IMG/VR virus record: IMGVR_UViG_3300011230_000030
Span: 4,126 to 68,125 of that record
Direction: 5' to 3' (one strand)
From: a virus
Length of the DNA stretch: 64,000 nt
Positions 9,301 through 18,336 of the stretch are shown here, one piece after another. The notes under the pieces were generated by a model that was not told where the DNA came from, did not search any database, and saw only the letters and a program-made list of their open reading frames with translations. Made by a program: the position numbers and the translations under genes. The first letter of the stretch is position 1. Each line of letters starts with the position of its first letter.

Positions 9301-9917
9301 CCCTGACCGCTGCAGCAAAGAAGATCCGCGCCAAGCGCGCGCGCCGGCCGATCTACTTGGTGGTGGCCAAGCTGATCGATCCGAACACCGGAGCGCTGGT
9401 AGGTGCGCTGGTGCCGGCCGACGACGTGGATGGCAGGCTGATGCGCGATCGCAAGTTCCGCATCGGCCGAAAGATCAGGGCCGAACTGAAGCAACCGCGC
9501 GAGGAATGGCAGCACCGTCTGATCCACAAGATCGGACACCTGATGGTCGACCACGTGGAGGGCTGGGAGCAGTTGGAAGCGCACGACGCAGTGAAGCGCC
9601 TGCAGCTGGAAGCCAACGTGTGCTGCGAGGTGGTAGAGCTGGACGCCACGCCGGTCATATCGGCGGTCCTCTACGCGTGCGAGGCGATGCTGGGTGCTGG
9701 CGCGCGAAAGGTCATTGCCGGAGTCCTTCCGGCGATCCGTACCGTGCCGGTCAAGCGCGCCGAGAGCCTGTCATTCGACGAGATGGAACAGGCCCGGTTC
9801 CAGGAGCTGTTCGACGGCCTGACCGAGTACATCGGAAACCACTACACCCACGTGATGCTCGACGACGTGCGCGCCGAGTTCTGGAACATGGCCGGGCAGA
9901 ACAGGAGGGTTGCGTGA
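9297..9917 (+). CDS. Nin-region protein (DUF1367-like C-terminus)
   Basis: ATGA overlap; SLSFDEMEQARFQELF motif. Confidence 0.55.
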   Translation: MTLTAAAKKIRAKRARRPIYLVVAKLIDPNTGALVGALVPADDVDGRLMRDRKFRIGRKIRAELKQPREEWQHRLIHKIGHLMVDHVEGWEQLEAHDAVKRLQLEANVCCEVVELDATPVISAVLYACEAMLGAGARKVIAGVLPAIRTVPVKRAESLSFDEMEQARFQELFDGLTEYIGNHYTHVMLDDVRAEFWNMAGQNRRVA

Positions 9918-9925
9918 TGGGAATG

Positions 9926-10462
9926 TCAGCTGCCGAGTACCTCATCGACGGCCTTGCCAAGGGCCAAGCCCGCTTCGACTGCGGCTTCTATCGTCTTCGC
10001 CAGTTCGAATGGGTCGTTGCCTTCATGCCACTGCGCAAAAGCAGAGTTGGAGGTGGAAACGGCGCTCGACCGGGCGGAACTGAGGCGAAGGGCAAAGTTC
10101 ACAAGGCTGTCGGAAAGCGAAGGGAATTCGTGCCCAACCGCGAGCGCGTCGCGCATTTCCTTGGAAATCTCGGTTGCAGTCAGGGCTCTCTGAAGAAGCT
10201 CGTCGTCGCGGTTGTTCCCAGTGAGGTGCACACCTATTTCAAAGAGCTCCAAAAGCTGATTATTGAAAGGTTCCATCGCGAGCGCGAAGGCACATCGCGC
10301 ACGCGCTCTTTCACGGATGACTGCTTTCTGCTGATCGTGTCTGAAGATTCTGGTGGGCACCCATGCCGCGACCAATACAGAAGCGGCGGCTATTGCCGTC
10401 TGGATCCAAGCCGACCAGTTGACCGACCCAGTCTCAGCCATGCAGTTGTATACGCAGTCCAT
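9926..10462 (-). CDS. Antisense moron: N-terminal transmembrane protein
   Basis: Opposite strand to operon, more AT-rich, AGGGG RBS, WSAWIQTAIAAASVLVAAWV hydrophobic segment. Confidence 0.7.
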   Translation of the reverse strand: MDCVYNCMAETGSVNWSAWIQTAIAAASVLVAAWVPTRIFRHDQQKAVIRERARARCAFALAMEPFNNQLLELFEIGVHLTGNNRDDELLQRALTATEISKEMRDALAVGHEFPSLSDSLVNFALRLSSARSSAVSTSNSAFAQWHEGNDPFELAKTIEAAVEAGLALGKAVDEVLGS

Positions 10463-10491
10463 GCAAATTCCCCTGTCTGTTGGGGGCAAGC

Positions 10492-10887
10492 ATGAAGCGC
10501 GGCCGCTCAACCAGCAAGCCGACCGTGGCTGAGCAGCAGCGGATGGACGCCATCGCCGAAATCGGCTGCATCGTGGCCCATAGCCTGGGCATCGACTTGG
10601 GCGACAGGCCTATCCCGGCGGAAGTGCATCACCTGACGGTCGGCGGCAAGCACGGTGCCAAGCGTCGGGGCCACGATTTCACCATCGGCCTCAACCCTTG
10701 GTCCCATCGCGGCGAGCCCTTTGGCGGCATGTCCGCTGCGCGGTGCGAGGAACTGTTCGGCCCGTCCTACGCCCGCCAACCCCGCAAGTTCCGCCAAGAG
10801 GTCGGCAGCGACGACTACCTGCTGGACCTACAGAACACCTTGATCGAGAAACACATGAAGGAGACCCGCCAATGGCAAGCCGCCTGA
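10492..10887 (+). CDS. Ref/DUF968-like HNH-type protein
   Basis: IAEIGCI...AEVHH...GH.FTI.L...HRG...F....GSD..LL. Confidence 0.7.
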   Translation: MKRGRSTSKPTVAEQQRMDAIAEIGCIVAHSLGIDLGDRPIPAEVHHLTVGGKHGAKRRGHDFTIGLNPWSHRGEPFGGMSAARCEELFGPSYARQPRKFRQEVGSDDYLLDLQNTLIEKHMKETRQWQAA

Positions 10888-11381
10888 CGTTTGGCATTGA
10901 CCCCGGCCTGACCGGCGCCATCGTGACGCTGATCGATGGCGAGCCCGGCCCGCTGGTCGACATGCCGGTGATGGACGGGGAGGTGGACGCGCGCGCCGTT
11001 GCCGCATTCCTTCGCCAGCAGCGGGACGCCAATCCTGGCGCGTCGATCGCCGTGGCTCTGGAAAGGATCCACGCCCGTCCGATGCGCAACGGCGAGGGCA
11101 AGGCCATCGAGGGATCGGTGGCCAGGCACAACTTGGCCGAGGGCTTCGGGCAGCTGAAGGCGACCGTGCGGCTACTGGGCCTGCACCTGGTGCTGGTGCA
11201 GCCGTCGGTCTGGAAGCGCCGCTTCGATCTGTCGGGGAAAGGCAAGGACGCCGGCCGCGTGCTGGCGATCCAGCGTTTCCCGACCGCCGCCACCCAGCTG
11301 CAGCGGAAGAAGGACAACGGCCGGGCAGATGCGCTGCTGATTGGCCTATACGGCGACAGCCTGATCAGGGGTGGCGCATGA
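10872..11381 (+). CDS. RuvC-like Holliday junction resolvase
   Basis: GIDPGLTGA, ALE, P.VWK, RADALLI motifs. Confidence 0.85.
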   Translation: MASRLTFGIDPGLTGAIVTLIDGEPGPLVDMPVMDGEVDARAVAAFLRQQRDANPGASIAVALERIHARPMRNGEGKAIEGSVARHNLAEGFGQLKATVRLLGLHLVLVQPSVWKRRFDLSGKGKDAGRVLAIQRFPTAATQLQRKKDNGRADALLIGLYGDSLIRGGA

Positions 11382-11590
11382 CCACCGCCGAGGCCCGCAC
11401 GCGGAAGCGATACAACGCCTACCTGCGCCGGCATGGCGTATGCGCCGTCTGCACCATGCGCGAGCGTGGCAGCAGCCCAGCGCACTGCCAGCGCCGTCCG
11501 GACAGGAGGGGGAACTGCGACACCGACGGCCTGCTGCCGGTGTTCCGATTCGACGAGAACGTGCTGAAGGGGATGCGCGATGGCGACTGA
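11378..11590 (+). CDS. Small Cys-rich phage protein
   Basis: CAVC plus two further Cys; coupled to neighbours. Confidence 0.6.
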   Translation: MTTAEARTRKRYNAYLRRHGVCAVCTMRERGSSPAHCQRRPDRRGNCDTDGLLPVFRFDENVLKGMRDGD

Positions 11591-12113
11591 TGACTACCTA
11601 GTGCAACAGCTCCGGGCATGGGGTCATGCGCAGGCCAACCGCTTCGCGATGACCTACGCCGACCGCAGCACGCACGTGCTGGAGAAGGCCCGCGACATGG
11701 CGCCCGGTACCCGGGAAAGGGCCCTCCGCGACCTGGTGGGCCGAGACGGATCCAGCCGCCGGCGATTCATGGCCGACCGCAGCGGCGTAGAAGGCATGGG
11801 AATGCTGCCGGCTTGGGCAGTTGACCCGGTGCGGTCGACGAACGATGCCGACAAGCCGCATGACAACCCCGAGATCGCCGTCGACGTCGGTATCCCCGAC
11901 GAACTGCGGTGGGTCGAGCAGGCGCTGGCGTCGATGATGCGGCAGTGCCCGCTGCGCGCCCTGGTGCTGCACACCGAATACACGGTGTCCGCCAGCCAAG
12001 CCGTCAAAGCGAGGATGGTCGCCGAAAAGTATGGGGGGGAGCTGACACTGCGCCAGTATCGGTATGAGCTGGGCAAGGGGTTGGAGTGGTTCCGGGGACG
12101 GCTTGCTGCATAA
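11580..12113 (+). CDS. Putative late antiterminator (Q-like)
   Basis: Last early-right gene before late promoter; L..WG N-terminus and C-terminal HTH-like segment. Confidence 0.6.
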   Translation: MATDDYLVQQLRAWGHAQANRFAMTYADRSTHVLEKARDMAPGTRERALRDLVGRDGSSRRRFMADRSGVEGMGMLPAWAVDPVRSTNDADKPHDNPEIAVDVGIPDELRWVEQALASMMRQCPLRALVLHTEYTVSASQAVKARMVAEKYGGELTLRQYRYELGKGLEWFRGRLAA

Positions 12114-12142
12114 TCCAAAGACCCAGTCCAAGGAGATGGAAC

Positions 12143-12316
12143 ATGCAGGGGAAGTGCCCGAAGTGCGATAAGGCCGTTGTCCGCATCAATACCGAAAAGC
12201 AGACCACAGCGGTGGGCGGAATCACAACCCACATTCTGGTGTTCAGCACCAGCTGCTGCCATGTGATTGTCAGCGTGGCGTTGGATCCGAAGGAGATCGT
12301 GAAGCGGATCGGTTGA
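12143..12316 (+). CDS. Small zinc-ribbon protein (moron)
   Basis: AAGGAG RBS; CPKC...CC.V; upstream CATAAT. Confidence 0.65.
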   Translation: MQGKCPKCDKAVVRINTEKQTTAVGGITTHILVFSTSCCHVIVSVALDPKEIVKRIG

Positions 12317-12359
12317 CAGTGACGTCACCGAATGGTTTGATTCTGCAACTGTCAAGAAT
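12313..12359 (+). promoter_or_regulatory. Late promoter (pR'-like)
   Basis: TTGACA-17 bp-TTTGAT; downstream AAGAAT resembling a sigma pause element; followed by terminator. Confidence 0.6.
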
Positions 12360-12366
12360 TGTCCCT

Positions 12367-12400
12367 GAAGCCCCGGCCCTGCGTCGGGGCTTCTGCGTTT
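12367..12400 (+). terminator. tR'-like terminator
   Basis: GAAGCCCCGG/TCGGGGCTTC hairpin followed by TGCGTTT. Confidence 0.6.
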
Positions 12401-12416
12401 CCGGGACTGCGCTTCC

Positions 12417-12495
12417 TGCGGGCGTAGGCCAGAGGTCCAGGCTGCCGGGCTCATAACCCGGAGATTCGCCGGTTCGAATCCGGCCCCCGCAACCA
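12417..12495 (+). tRNA. tRNA-Met(CAU), initiator-like, atypical
   Basis: Cloverleaf: CCGGG-CTCATAA-CCCGG anticodon arm, GCCGG-TTCGAAT-CCGGC T arm, encoded CCA; extra C in acceptor stem. Confidence 0.85.
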
Positions 12496-12578
12496 TCCAC
12501 GCCCGTCCACCCTCACCGGACCAATTCGCCGAGCCTGCCGGGCTGCGGTGACGGGCACCTATCGCCGGAGATCCACCC

Positions 12579-13076
12579 ATGTCACAGCTGCTGCTGCCAA
12601 TGACCCCAGCGCAGTGCCTGCAGCACGTGGTCGTGCCGGCGCTCGCCCTGTTGGGTGCCGCTCGCTACGACTCGCCCGAGGCTCGCGTGCTAATGCTGGC
12701 CATTGCCGGGCAGGAGTCAGGCCTGGCCCACCGCCGGCAGGTGAAGGGCCCAGCCCGTGGGCTGTGGCAGTTCGAAGAAGGCGGTGGCGTTCGGGGGGTG
12801 CTGAACCACCCGTCGACCCGCGTGGCTGCTGCCGCACTGTGCAAAGCCCAGGGTGTCAGCGCCAATCAGGCTTCGGTGTACTTGCAGCTTGAACTGGACG
12901 ACATCCTGGCTGCGGGCTTCGCCAGGCTGCTGCTCTTCACGCTACCGCAGCGCTTGCCCGAGCTGGGGAACGTGTCGATGGGGTGGAAGCAGTACCTGGA
13001 CGCCTGGCGACCTGGGAAGCCTCACATCGACCGCTGGCCGAAGTGCTACGCCGCGGCCATGCAGGCGGCAGGCTGA
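12579..13076 (+). CDS. Putative endolysin (lysozyme-like fold)
   Basis: AIAGQES...GPARGLWQFE motif; first gene of the lysis cassette. Confidence 0.75.
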   Translation: MSQLLLPMTPAQCLQHVVVPALALLGAARYDSPEARVLMLAIAGQESGLAHRRQVKGPARGLWQFEEGGGVRGVLNHPSTRVAAAALCKAQGVSANQASVYLQLELDDILAAGFARLLLFTLPQRLPELGNVSMGWKQYLDAWRPGKPHIDRWPKCYAAAMQAAG

Positions 13077-13396
13077 TGGCGGAGGACACTGCACCGTGGT
13101 GGCTGGCTGGCGGCGCGGTGGCGCTGTGGTTGGTCCGCGAGACCTGGGGCTCGATCCTGTCCCGGCGCAAGGAGCGCACCGAGACCGATGCCAACGTCGA
13201 CCTGCTCAATGGTCTGGTGGAGCGGGTCAAGTCGTTGGAGGCATCCCAGGTGGCCACCAGCAATCAGCTGGCCGACGAGATCCGGCTGCGCATGGCAGCG
13301 CAGGAGGAATCGCACCGCCTGCGCCTGCGCGTCATGTCCCTGGAAGACGCAATGCGCCGAGTTGGCGCGGTGATTCCCCCGGAGCCTACGCAATGA
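13076..13396 (+). CDS. Putative holin / TM-coiled-coil lysis protein
   Basis: N-terminal hydrophobic segment plus coiled coil, between endolysin and spanin. Confidence 0.55.
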   Translation: MAEDTAPWWLAGGAVALWLVRETWGSILSRRKERTETDANVDLLNGLVERVKSLEASQVATSNQLADEIRLRMAAQEESHRLRLRVMSLEDAMRRVGAVIPPEPTQ

Positions 13397-13860
13397 ACCG
13401 CATCGCCATCGCAGTCGCCGCCTTCACCCTGTGGTCCGCAGCCATGTTCGGTGCGGGGTGGGTCTGGCGCGGCGACCGGGCAGAGACCAGGGAAGCCGAC
13501 CAGCGCGCCGCCAGCGCCGAGGCAGTCGCCACCCAGGTCAACCAGACCCGTGCCACCGAGCACGCCCAGGCCGAGACACTGGCCGCCATTGGAGCGAAGC
13601 ATGAAGAAGACCGCACTGCGGCCGCGGCCGTCCCTGCTGCTGTTGTTGCTGGCGTGCGTGATGGCAGCCTCCAGCTGCGCGACGACCTCGCCACCTGCAA
13701 TACCGCTCGCCTGTCCCAAGCCATCGCCGGCACCATCGAACGTGACCAGGCAGCCCAACTACGAGCAGAGGTCGCGGGCGCTCTTGTTCAAATCGGGCGA
13801 GACGCCGATGACCACGTCCGCGCCTGCCAAGCCGTGATCCGGGCGGACAGGGAGCAGTAA
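13393..13860 (+). CDS. Rz-like i-spanin
   Basis: N-terminal TM, Ala-rich helical periplasmic part, C-terminal ACQ. Confidence 0.8.
   Translation: MNRIAIAVAAFTLWSAAMFGAGWVWRGDRAETREADQRAASAEAVATQVNQTRATEHAQAETLAAIGAKHEEDRTAAAAVPAAVVAGVRDGSLQLRDDLATCNTARLSQAIAGTIERDQAAQLRAEVAGALVQIGRDADDHVRACQAVIRADREQ
13601..13837 (+). CDS. Rz1-like o-spanin embedded in Rz
   Basis: GGAG RBS; MKK...LLLLLLAC...SSC lipoprotein-like signal; Pro-rich; +1 frame. Confidence 0.72.
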   Translation: MKKTALRPRPSLLLLLLACVMAASSCATTSPPAIPLACPKPSPAPSNVTRQPNYEQRSRALLFKSGETPMTTSAPAKP

Positions 13861-14315
13861 TGGCACGGCCCAGTAAGTACAGCCAGCAGCTTGCCGACGC
13901 GATCTGCGACCTGCTGGTGGATGGCAAGAGCCTGCGCACGATCTGTTCCACGGCGAAGATGCCGAGCCGTTCCACGGTCATCCGTTGGTTGGCTGAGAAC
14001 GAGGCATTTCGCAACCAGTACGCGCGTGCACGCGAGCTGCAGGCGGACACGCTGGCCGAAGAGATCCTCGACATCGCCGACAAGGCGGTGCTGGGCGAGC
14101 GGCTGAAGAAGGACGGCAAGGGCAAGGTGTTGGAGCGACAGACCGGCGACATGGTCGAGCGCTCCAAGCTGATGATCGATGCCCGGAAGTGGTACGCCGG
14201 CAAGCTTCAGCCCAAGAAGTACGGCGAGCGCGTCGCCTTGGACCACGGCGTACAGGACAACCTGGCCGACCAACTGAGGGCCGCCCGTGAGCGCGCAGCC
14301 GGCCGCGAGTCCTGA
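13860..14315 (+). CDS. Terminase small subunit
   Basis: RPSKY.....D.IC.....G.SLR.IC...MP...TV..WL; IDARKW...KL.PKKYG. Confidence 0.9.
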   Translation: MARPSKYSQQLADAICDLLVDGKSLRTICSTAKMPSRSTVIRWLAENEAFRNQYARARELQADTLAEEILDIADKAVLGERLKKDGKGKVLERQTGDMVERSKLMIDARKWYAGKLQPKKYGERVALDHGVQDNLADQLRAARERAAGRES

Positions 14316-15786
14316 GCAGCAGCTGGTCGAGGCGATCGGCTCGTTCCAGCACGACCCGCTGGGCTATGTGCTGTTCAACTTCCCTTGGGGCGTCAAGGGC
14401 GGCCCACTGGACGGCAAGAAGCTGCGCGCTTGGCAGCGCCGGCGGCTGGAGAAGATCGGTAACAGGCTGCAGGCCGGTGCGGCTGATGCTGGTGAGGTCA
14501 TCCGGCAGGCTGTCGGTTCGGGTCACGGCATCGGCAAGTCCGCGCTGGTGGCGATGCTGATCAAGTGGGCCTTCGACACGTTCGAAGACACGCGCGGCGT
14601 CGTCACAGCCAACACCGACATCCAGCTGCGCACGAAGACCTGGGCGGAACTGTCGAAGTGGCATGAGATCAGCCTCACCAAAGACTGGGCCACGCTGACC
14701 GCCACGGCGCTGATCAGCAACGCCCCAGGCCACGACAAGACCTGGCGCATCGACGCGGTGCCGTGGTCGCAGAACAACACCGAGGCGTTCGCCGGCCTGC
14801 ACAACGAGGGCCGGCGCATCCTGCTGGTGTTCGACGAGGCTTCGGCCATCGCCGACAAGGTGTGGGAAGTGGCCGAGGGTGCGCTGACCGACCAGGGCAC
14901 CGAGATCATCTGGGCCGCGTTCGGCAACACCACCCGCAACACCGGCCGGTTCCGCGAGTGCTTCCGCCGGTTCAAGGCCAGTTGGGACACCGAGCAGATC
15001 GACAGCCGCACCGTTGAGGGAGTGAACCTGGTCGAGGCCGAGCGCATGGTGCGCGACTACGGCGAGGACAGCGACGTGGTGAAGGTCCGTATCCGCGGCC
15101 TGTTCCCCTCGATGTCAGCCCGCCAGTTCATCGCCGAGGCGGATGTGGCTGCAGCCTACGGGCGACACCTGCGGCCGGAGCAGTACAGCTGGGCGCCGAA
15201 GATCCTCACGCTGGATCCGGCGTGGGAAGGCGACGACGAGCTGGTGATCGGCCTGCGTCAGGGCCTGGCCTATCGGCAGCTGCGCACGCTGGCCAAGAAC
15301 GACAACGACATGGCGGTGGCGGCGATCCTCGCCCAGCTGGAGGACGAGCATCAGGCCGACGCTGTGTTCGTCGATGGCGGGTTCGGCACAGGCATCGTGT
15401 CCGCAGGCCGAACCATGGGCCGCGACTGGCGCCTGGTGTGGTTCTCGGGCGAGTCGGGCGACCAAGGCTGCCTCAACAAGCGCGCCGAGATGTGGAAAGC
15501 CTGCCGCGACTGGCTGAAGGAAGGCGGCGCCATCCCTGAAGACCCGCAGCTGCGCGACGAGCTGCAAGCACCGGAAACCGTGCCGCGCCTCGACGGCAAG
15601 CTGCAGATGGAATCGAAGAAGGACATGAAGCGCCGCGGCCTGCCGAGCCCCAACCGGGCCGACGCCCTGGTGCTGTCGTTCGCATACCCCGTGATGCCCC
15701 GGCCGCGCTTCCCCGACGGGTCGCCGATGGAGCATCGCGACCACGCCGACCAGCAGGCCGGCGAGCCCTACAACCCGTTGTCCTGA
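14287..15786 (+). CDS. Terminase large subunit
   Basis: SGHGIGKS Walker A, VFDEAS Walker B, GN.TR, LDPA..GDD, SPNRADAL nuclease motifs. Confidence 0.95.
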   Translation: MSAQPAASPEQQLVEAIGSFQHDPLGYVLFNFPWGVKGGPLDGKKLRAWQRRRLEKIGNRLQAGAADAGEVIRQAVGSGHGIGKSALVAMLIKWAFDTFEDTRGVVTANTDIQLRTKTWAELSKWHEISLTKDWATLTATALISNAPGHDKTWRIDAVPWSQNNTEAFAGLHNEGRRILLVFDEASAIADKVWEVAEGALTDQGTEIIWAAFGNTTRNTGRFRECFRRFKASWDTEQIDSRTVEGVNLVEAERMVRDYGEDSDVVKVRIRGLFPSMSARQFIAEADVAAAYGRHLRPEQYSWAPKILTLDPAWEGDDELVIGLRQGLAYRQLRTLAKNDNDMAVAAILAQLEDEHQADAVFVDGGFGTGIVSAGRTMGRDWRLVWFSGESGDQGCLNKRAEMWKACRDWLKEGGAIPEDPQLRDELQAPETVPRLDGKLQMESKKDMKRRGLPSPNRADALVLSFAYPVMPRPRFPDGSPMEHRDHADQQAGEPYNPLS

Positions 15787-15796
15787 AGGAATCCCC

Positions 15797-16000
15797 ATGT
15801 GCAACTCCGCCCCCAAGGTGAAGCCGGTGGCCGCAGCGCCCGAAGTGGCGCCCGAGTCGATCGACGATGCCGCCGTGAACGAGCGCGACCGCGAGCGCCA
15901 GCGGCAGCGCCTGCGCTTCGGCGCCAGGTCGACCATCCTGGCCGGCGATACCAGCTCGGCGATGCCGACCGCGTCGGTCAAGACGGCGCTGGGTGCCTGA
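15797..16000 (+). CDS. Small virion-associated protein
   Basis: AAGGA RBS; begins MC; STIL...KTALG; between terL and portal. Confidence 0.7.
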   Translation: MCNSAPKVKPVAAAPEVAPESIDDAAVNERDRERQRQRLRFGARSTILAGDTSSAMPTASVKTALGA

Positions 16001-16004
16001 CGCC

Positions 16005-16268
16005 ATGTGCACCTCGCGCCAGATCATCGATCCGGGTGGACTGCTGTTCGGCGACAAGACCGGCAAGTACGCCGACCCGCTCGGCATCACCAAGACCGCC
16101 GTGGGTGATCCGACCGGCCGCGTGCGCCGCGCTCGCAAGGAAGCCGAGGACGAGCGCCGCACGTACGCCAGCAGCGGCGCGTCCTCTGTGGCGTATCGAT
16201 CGCTGGCGCCGACGACAACCGCGCTGGGTGGAACAGCTCCGCGCAACACCGTGCTGGGGGGAGGCTGA
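16005..16268 (+). CDS. Small virion-associated protein
   Basis: Begins MC; ends TVLGGG; coupled to portal. Confidence 0.6.
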   Translation: MCTSRQIIDPGGLLFGDKTGKYADPLGITKTAVGDPTGRVRRARKEAEDERRTYASSGASSVAYRSLAPTTTALGGTAPRNTVLGGG

Positions 16269-17980
16269 TGGACATGATGGAGCTGCGCGCGCACTGCCGG
16301 CGCCGCAAGAAGGCCATGAAGGACAGCCAGACGGACTGGAACACCGACTGGCGCCAAGTGTCGGAGTACGTGGACCCAACCCGCGGCCGCTTCTACGGCG
16401 AGACCGACACGAAGCCCAGGAAGCGCAACCGGGCCAAGGTGATCAACAGCACCGCCACCGAGGTCCTGCGCACGATGTCGGCCGGGATGATGTCCCACAT
16501 GACGCCGAAGGCGCAGCCGTGGTTCCTGGTCAAGACGCCGGACCCGGCGTTGTCTGAGCAGTTTGGCGTCCGGGTATGGCTGGACGACGTCGCGCAGCGC
16601 ATCCGGGACGCCTTGGCCAGCAGCAACTTCTACAAGGCCATGCCGGTCGTCTACACGGAAGACGGACTTTTCGGCACTGCGCCAATGCTGATCCTCGAAG
16701 ATCCGCGCGAGGTGGTCCGGTTCTACTCGCTCACCGCAGGCACCTACGCGGTGGGGCTGGACGACCAGCAGCGCGTCGACTCGCTGTGGCGCCGGTACAC
16801 GAAGACTGCCCGGCAGCTGGAGCAGCGCTACGGTGCAGACCGGCTGCCGAGAACCGTTCGGGACTGCCTGGCGAACAATGGCGACCGCGAGTTCATCGTG
16901 GAATCGCTGATCGAGCCGAATCCCAACGAGCGCCCCGGTATCGGGCCGCTGGGGCTGCAGGCGCCGCAGTTCCGACCCTACCGTGAGGTGGTCTGGATCG
17001 ATGGGGTGGGCACTGCCGATCACGGGATTCTGGACATCGGTGGGCATTACGAAGCGCCGTTCGTGGTGGCTCGCTGGAATCCGGTGGCTGAAGACGTGTA
17101 CTCCACCAGCCCGGCGGTCGACTGCTTGGGAGACATCAAGCAGCTGCAATATCTGGAAGGCGAAAAGCTGCGTCTGATGGAGCAACTCTCCGATCCCACG
17201 CTCGGAGGGCCGGAATCGCTGAAGCGGTCCGGAGGCGCGCGCCTGCGAAAGGGCGGCATGGTTTACCTGCCACAGGACTCGGTCAACGCCACCGTTGCGC
17301 CGGTCTACACCCCTGACGCCAGAGGGCTGCAGCAGATCCGCGAAGAGATCGCCACCATCGAGGCCCGCATCCAGCGGGCTTTCTTCTATCAGCTCTTCCT
17401 GATGCTCGAAGCGCTGGGCGACAAGACCGACCGCACGGCAACCGAGATCGCCACCCGCAAGGAAGAGAAGGCGGCCGTGCTGGCGCCCACGCTGGAGTCG
17501 ATCACGGACGAAGTTCTCGACCCGGTGATCGTTCGTGTGTTCCGCCTTCTGGAACGCGCCGGCCGCATCCCGGACCCACCGCAGGTGCTGGCGGACCTGC
17601 CCCTGAAGATCGAGTACACCAGCATCCTGGCGCAGGCGGCCAAGGCCGCAGCAGTCGGCTCCATCGAGCGCACGGTGCAGTTCGTTGCCGGCGTCGCCCA
17701 GGCAACCGGCGATCCCTCGGTGATGGACAAGCTGGACGCGGACCAGGTAGTCGACGAGTACACCACTGCGGTAGGTGGTCCGGCTTCGATCATCCGCAGC
17801 GACGATGCCGTGGCCAGCATTCGTGCCGATCGCGCCCAGCAGCAGCGTCAGCAGCAGCTCGCGGCGGCCGCGCAGCCGCTGAAGGATGCAACCCAAGCAC
17901 TGAAGACCGCCAGCGATACGGTGCCCGAGGAAGGCTCGGCGGCCCAGGCGCTGATTGACGCCATGCAGGGTGCCGCATGA
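16268..17980 (+). CDS. Portal (head-tail connector), podovirus type
   Basis: 570 aa; FGTA, RW......Y..SP....LGD.KQLQ, TATE...R.EEK...L.P motifs. Confidence 0.93.
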   Translation: MDMMELRAHCRRRKKAMKDSQTDWNTDWRQVSEYVDPTRGRFYGETDTKPRKRNRAKVINSTATEVLRTMSAGMMSHMTPKAQPWFLVKTPDPALSEQFGVRVWLDDVAQRIRDALASSNFYKAMPVVYTEDGLFGTAPMLILEDPREVVRFYSLTAGTYAVGLDDQQRVDSLWRRYTKTARQLEQRYGADRLPRTVRDCLANNGDREFIVESLIEPNPNERPGIGPLGLQAPQFRPYREVVWIDGVGTADHGILDIGGHYEAPFVVARWNPVAEDVYSTSPAVDCLGDIKQLQYLEGEKLRLMEQLSDPTLGGPESLKRSGGARLRKGGMVYLPQDSVNATVAPVYTPDARGLQQIREEIATIEARIQRAFFYQLFLMLEALGDKTDRTATEIATRKEEKAAVLAPTLESITDEVLDPVIVRVFRLLERAGRIPDPPQVLADLPLKIEYTSILAQAAKAAAVGSIERTVQFVAGVAQATGDPSVMDKLDADQVVDEYTTAVGGPASIIRSDDAVASIRADRAQQQRQQQLAAAAQPLKDATQALKTASDTVPEEGSAAQALIDAMQGAA

Positions 17981-18336
17981 GCAGGCCGGGGCGTAGCCAA
18001 GAGGACATCGACCAGGAGCGCCGCGAGCGCCAGCTGGCCACGCTGGAGCTTCGCCAACTGCGCGAGGACGTCCGTACCGTACTGGCGGAGCCTGTCGGCC
18101 GCCGTGTGGTCTGGGCGTTCCTGCAAGCAATGGGCGTGGACGCCAGCGCCTTCAACACCAACGCGATGGCCCAGTCCCGCGCCATCGGCCGCCAGGAGGC
18201 GGCCCTGTGGTGGCTGCTGGCAATCCGTGACAACTGCCCGGAGCGCGAAGCTCAAATGCGCGCCGAGGCCAACAGTGCACTGAAGCGGCTGCAGTCGCAG
18301 CTGCAGCAACCCGAGGAAAGTGAACATGTCGACTGA
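17977..18336 (+). CDS. Bbp19-like phage protein
   Basis: D...VL....GRRVVW; AF......A....GRQ; follows portal. Confidence 0.7.
   Translation: MSRPGRSQEDIDQERRERQLATLELRQLREDVRTVLAEPVGRRVVWAFLQAMGVDASAFNTNAMAQSRAIGRQEAALWWLLAIRDNCPEREAQMRAEANSALKRLQSQLQQPEESEHVD

Noticed and set aside
9179-10495. 438-aa plus-strand ORF spanning the nin region
   Set aside because: Overlaps the real 9297-9917 gene in another frame and the antisense moron; no motifs
12417-12495. The CAU tRNAs (here and at 59225-59301) as host genes or attachment sites
   Set aside because: Both are internal to late operons, far from integrases, with no duplicated 3' fragment in the window
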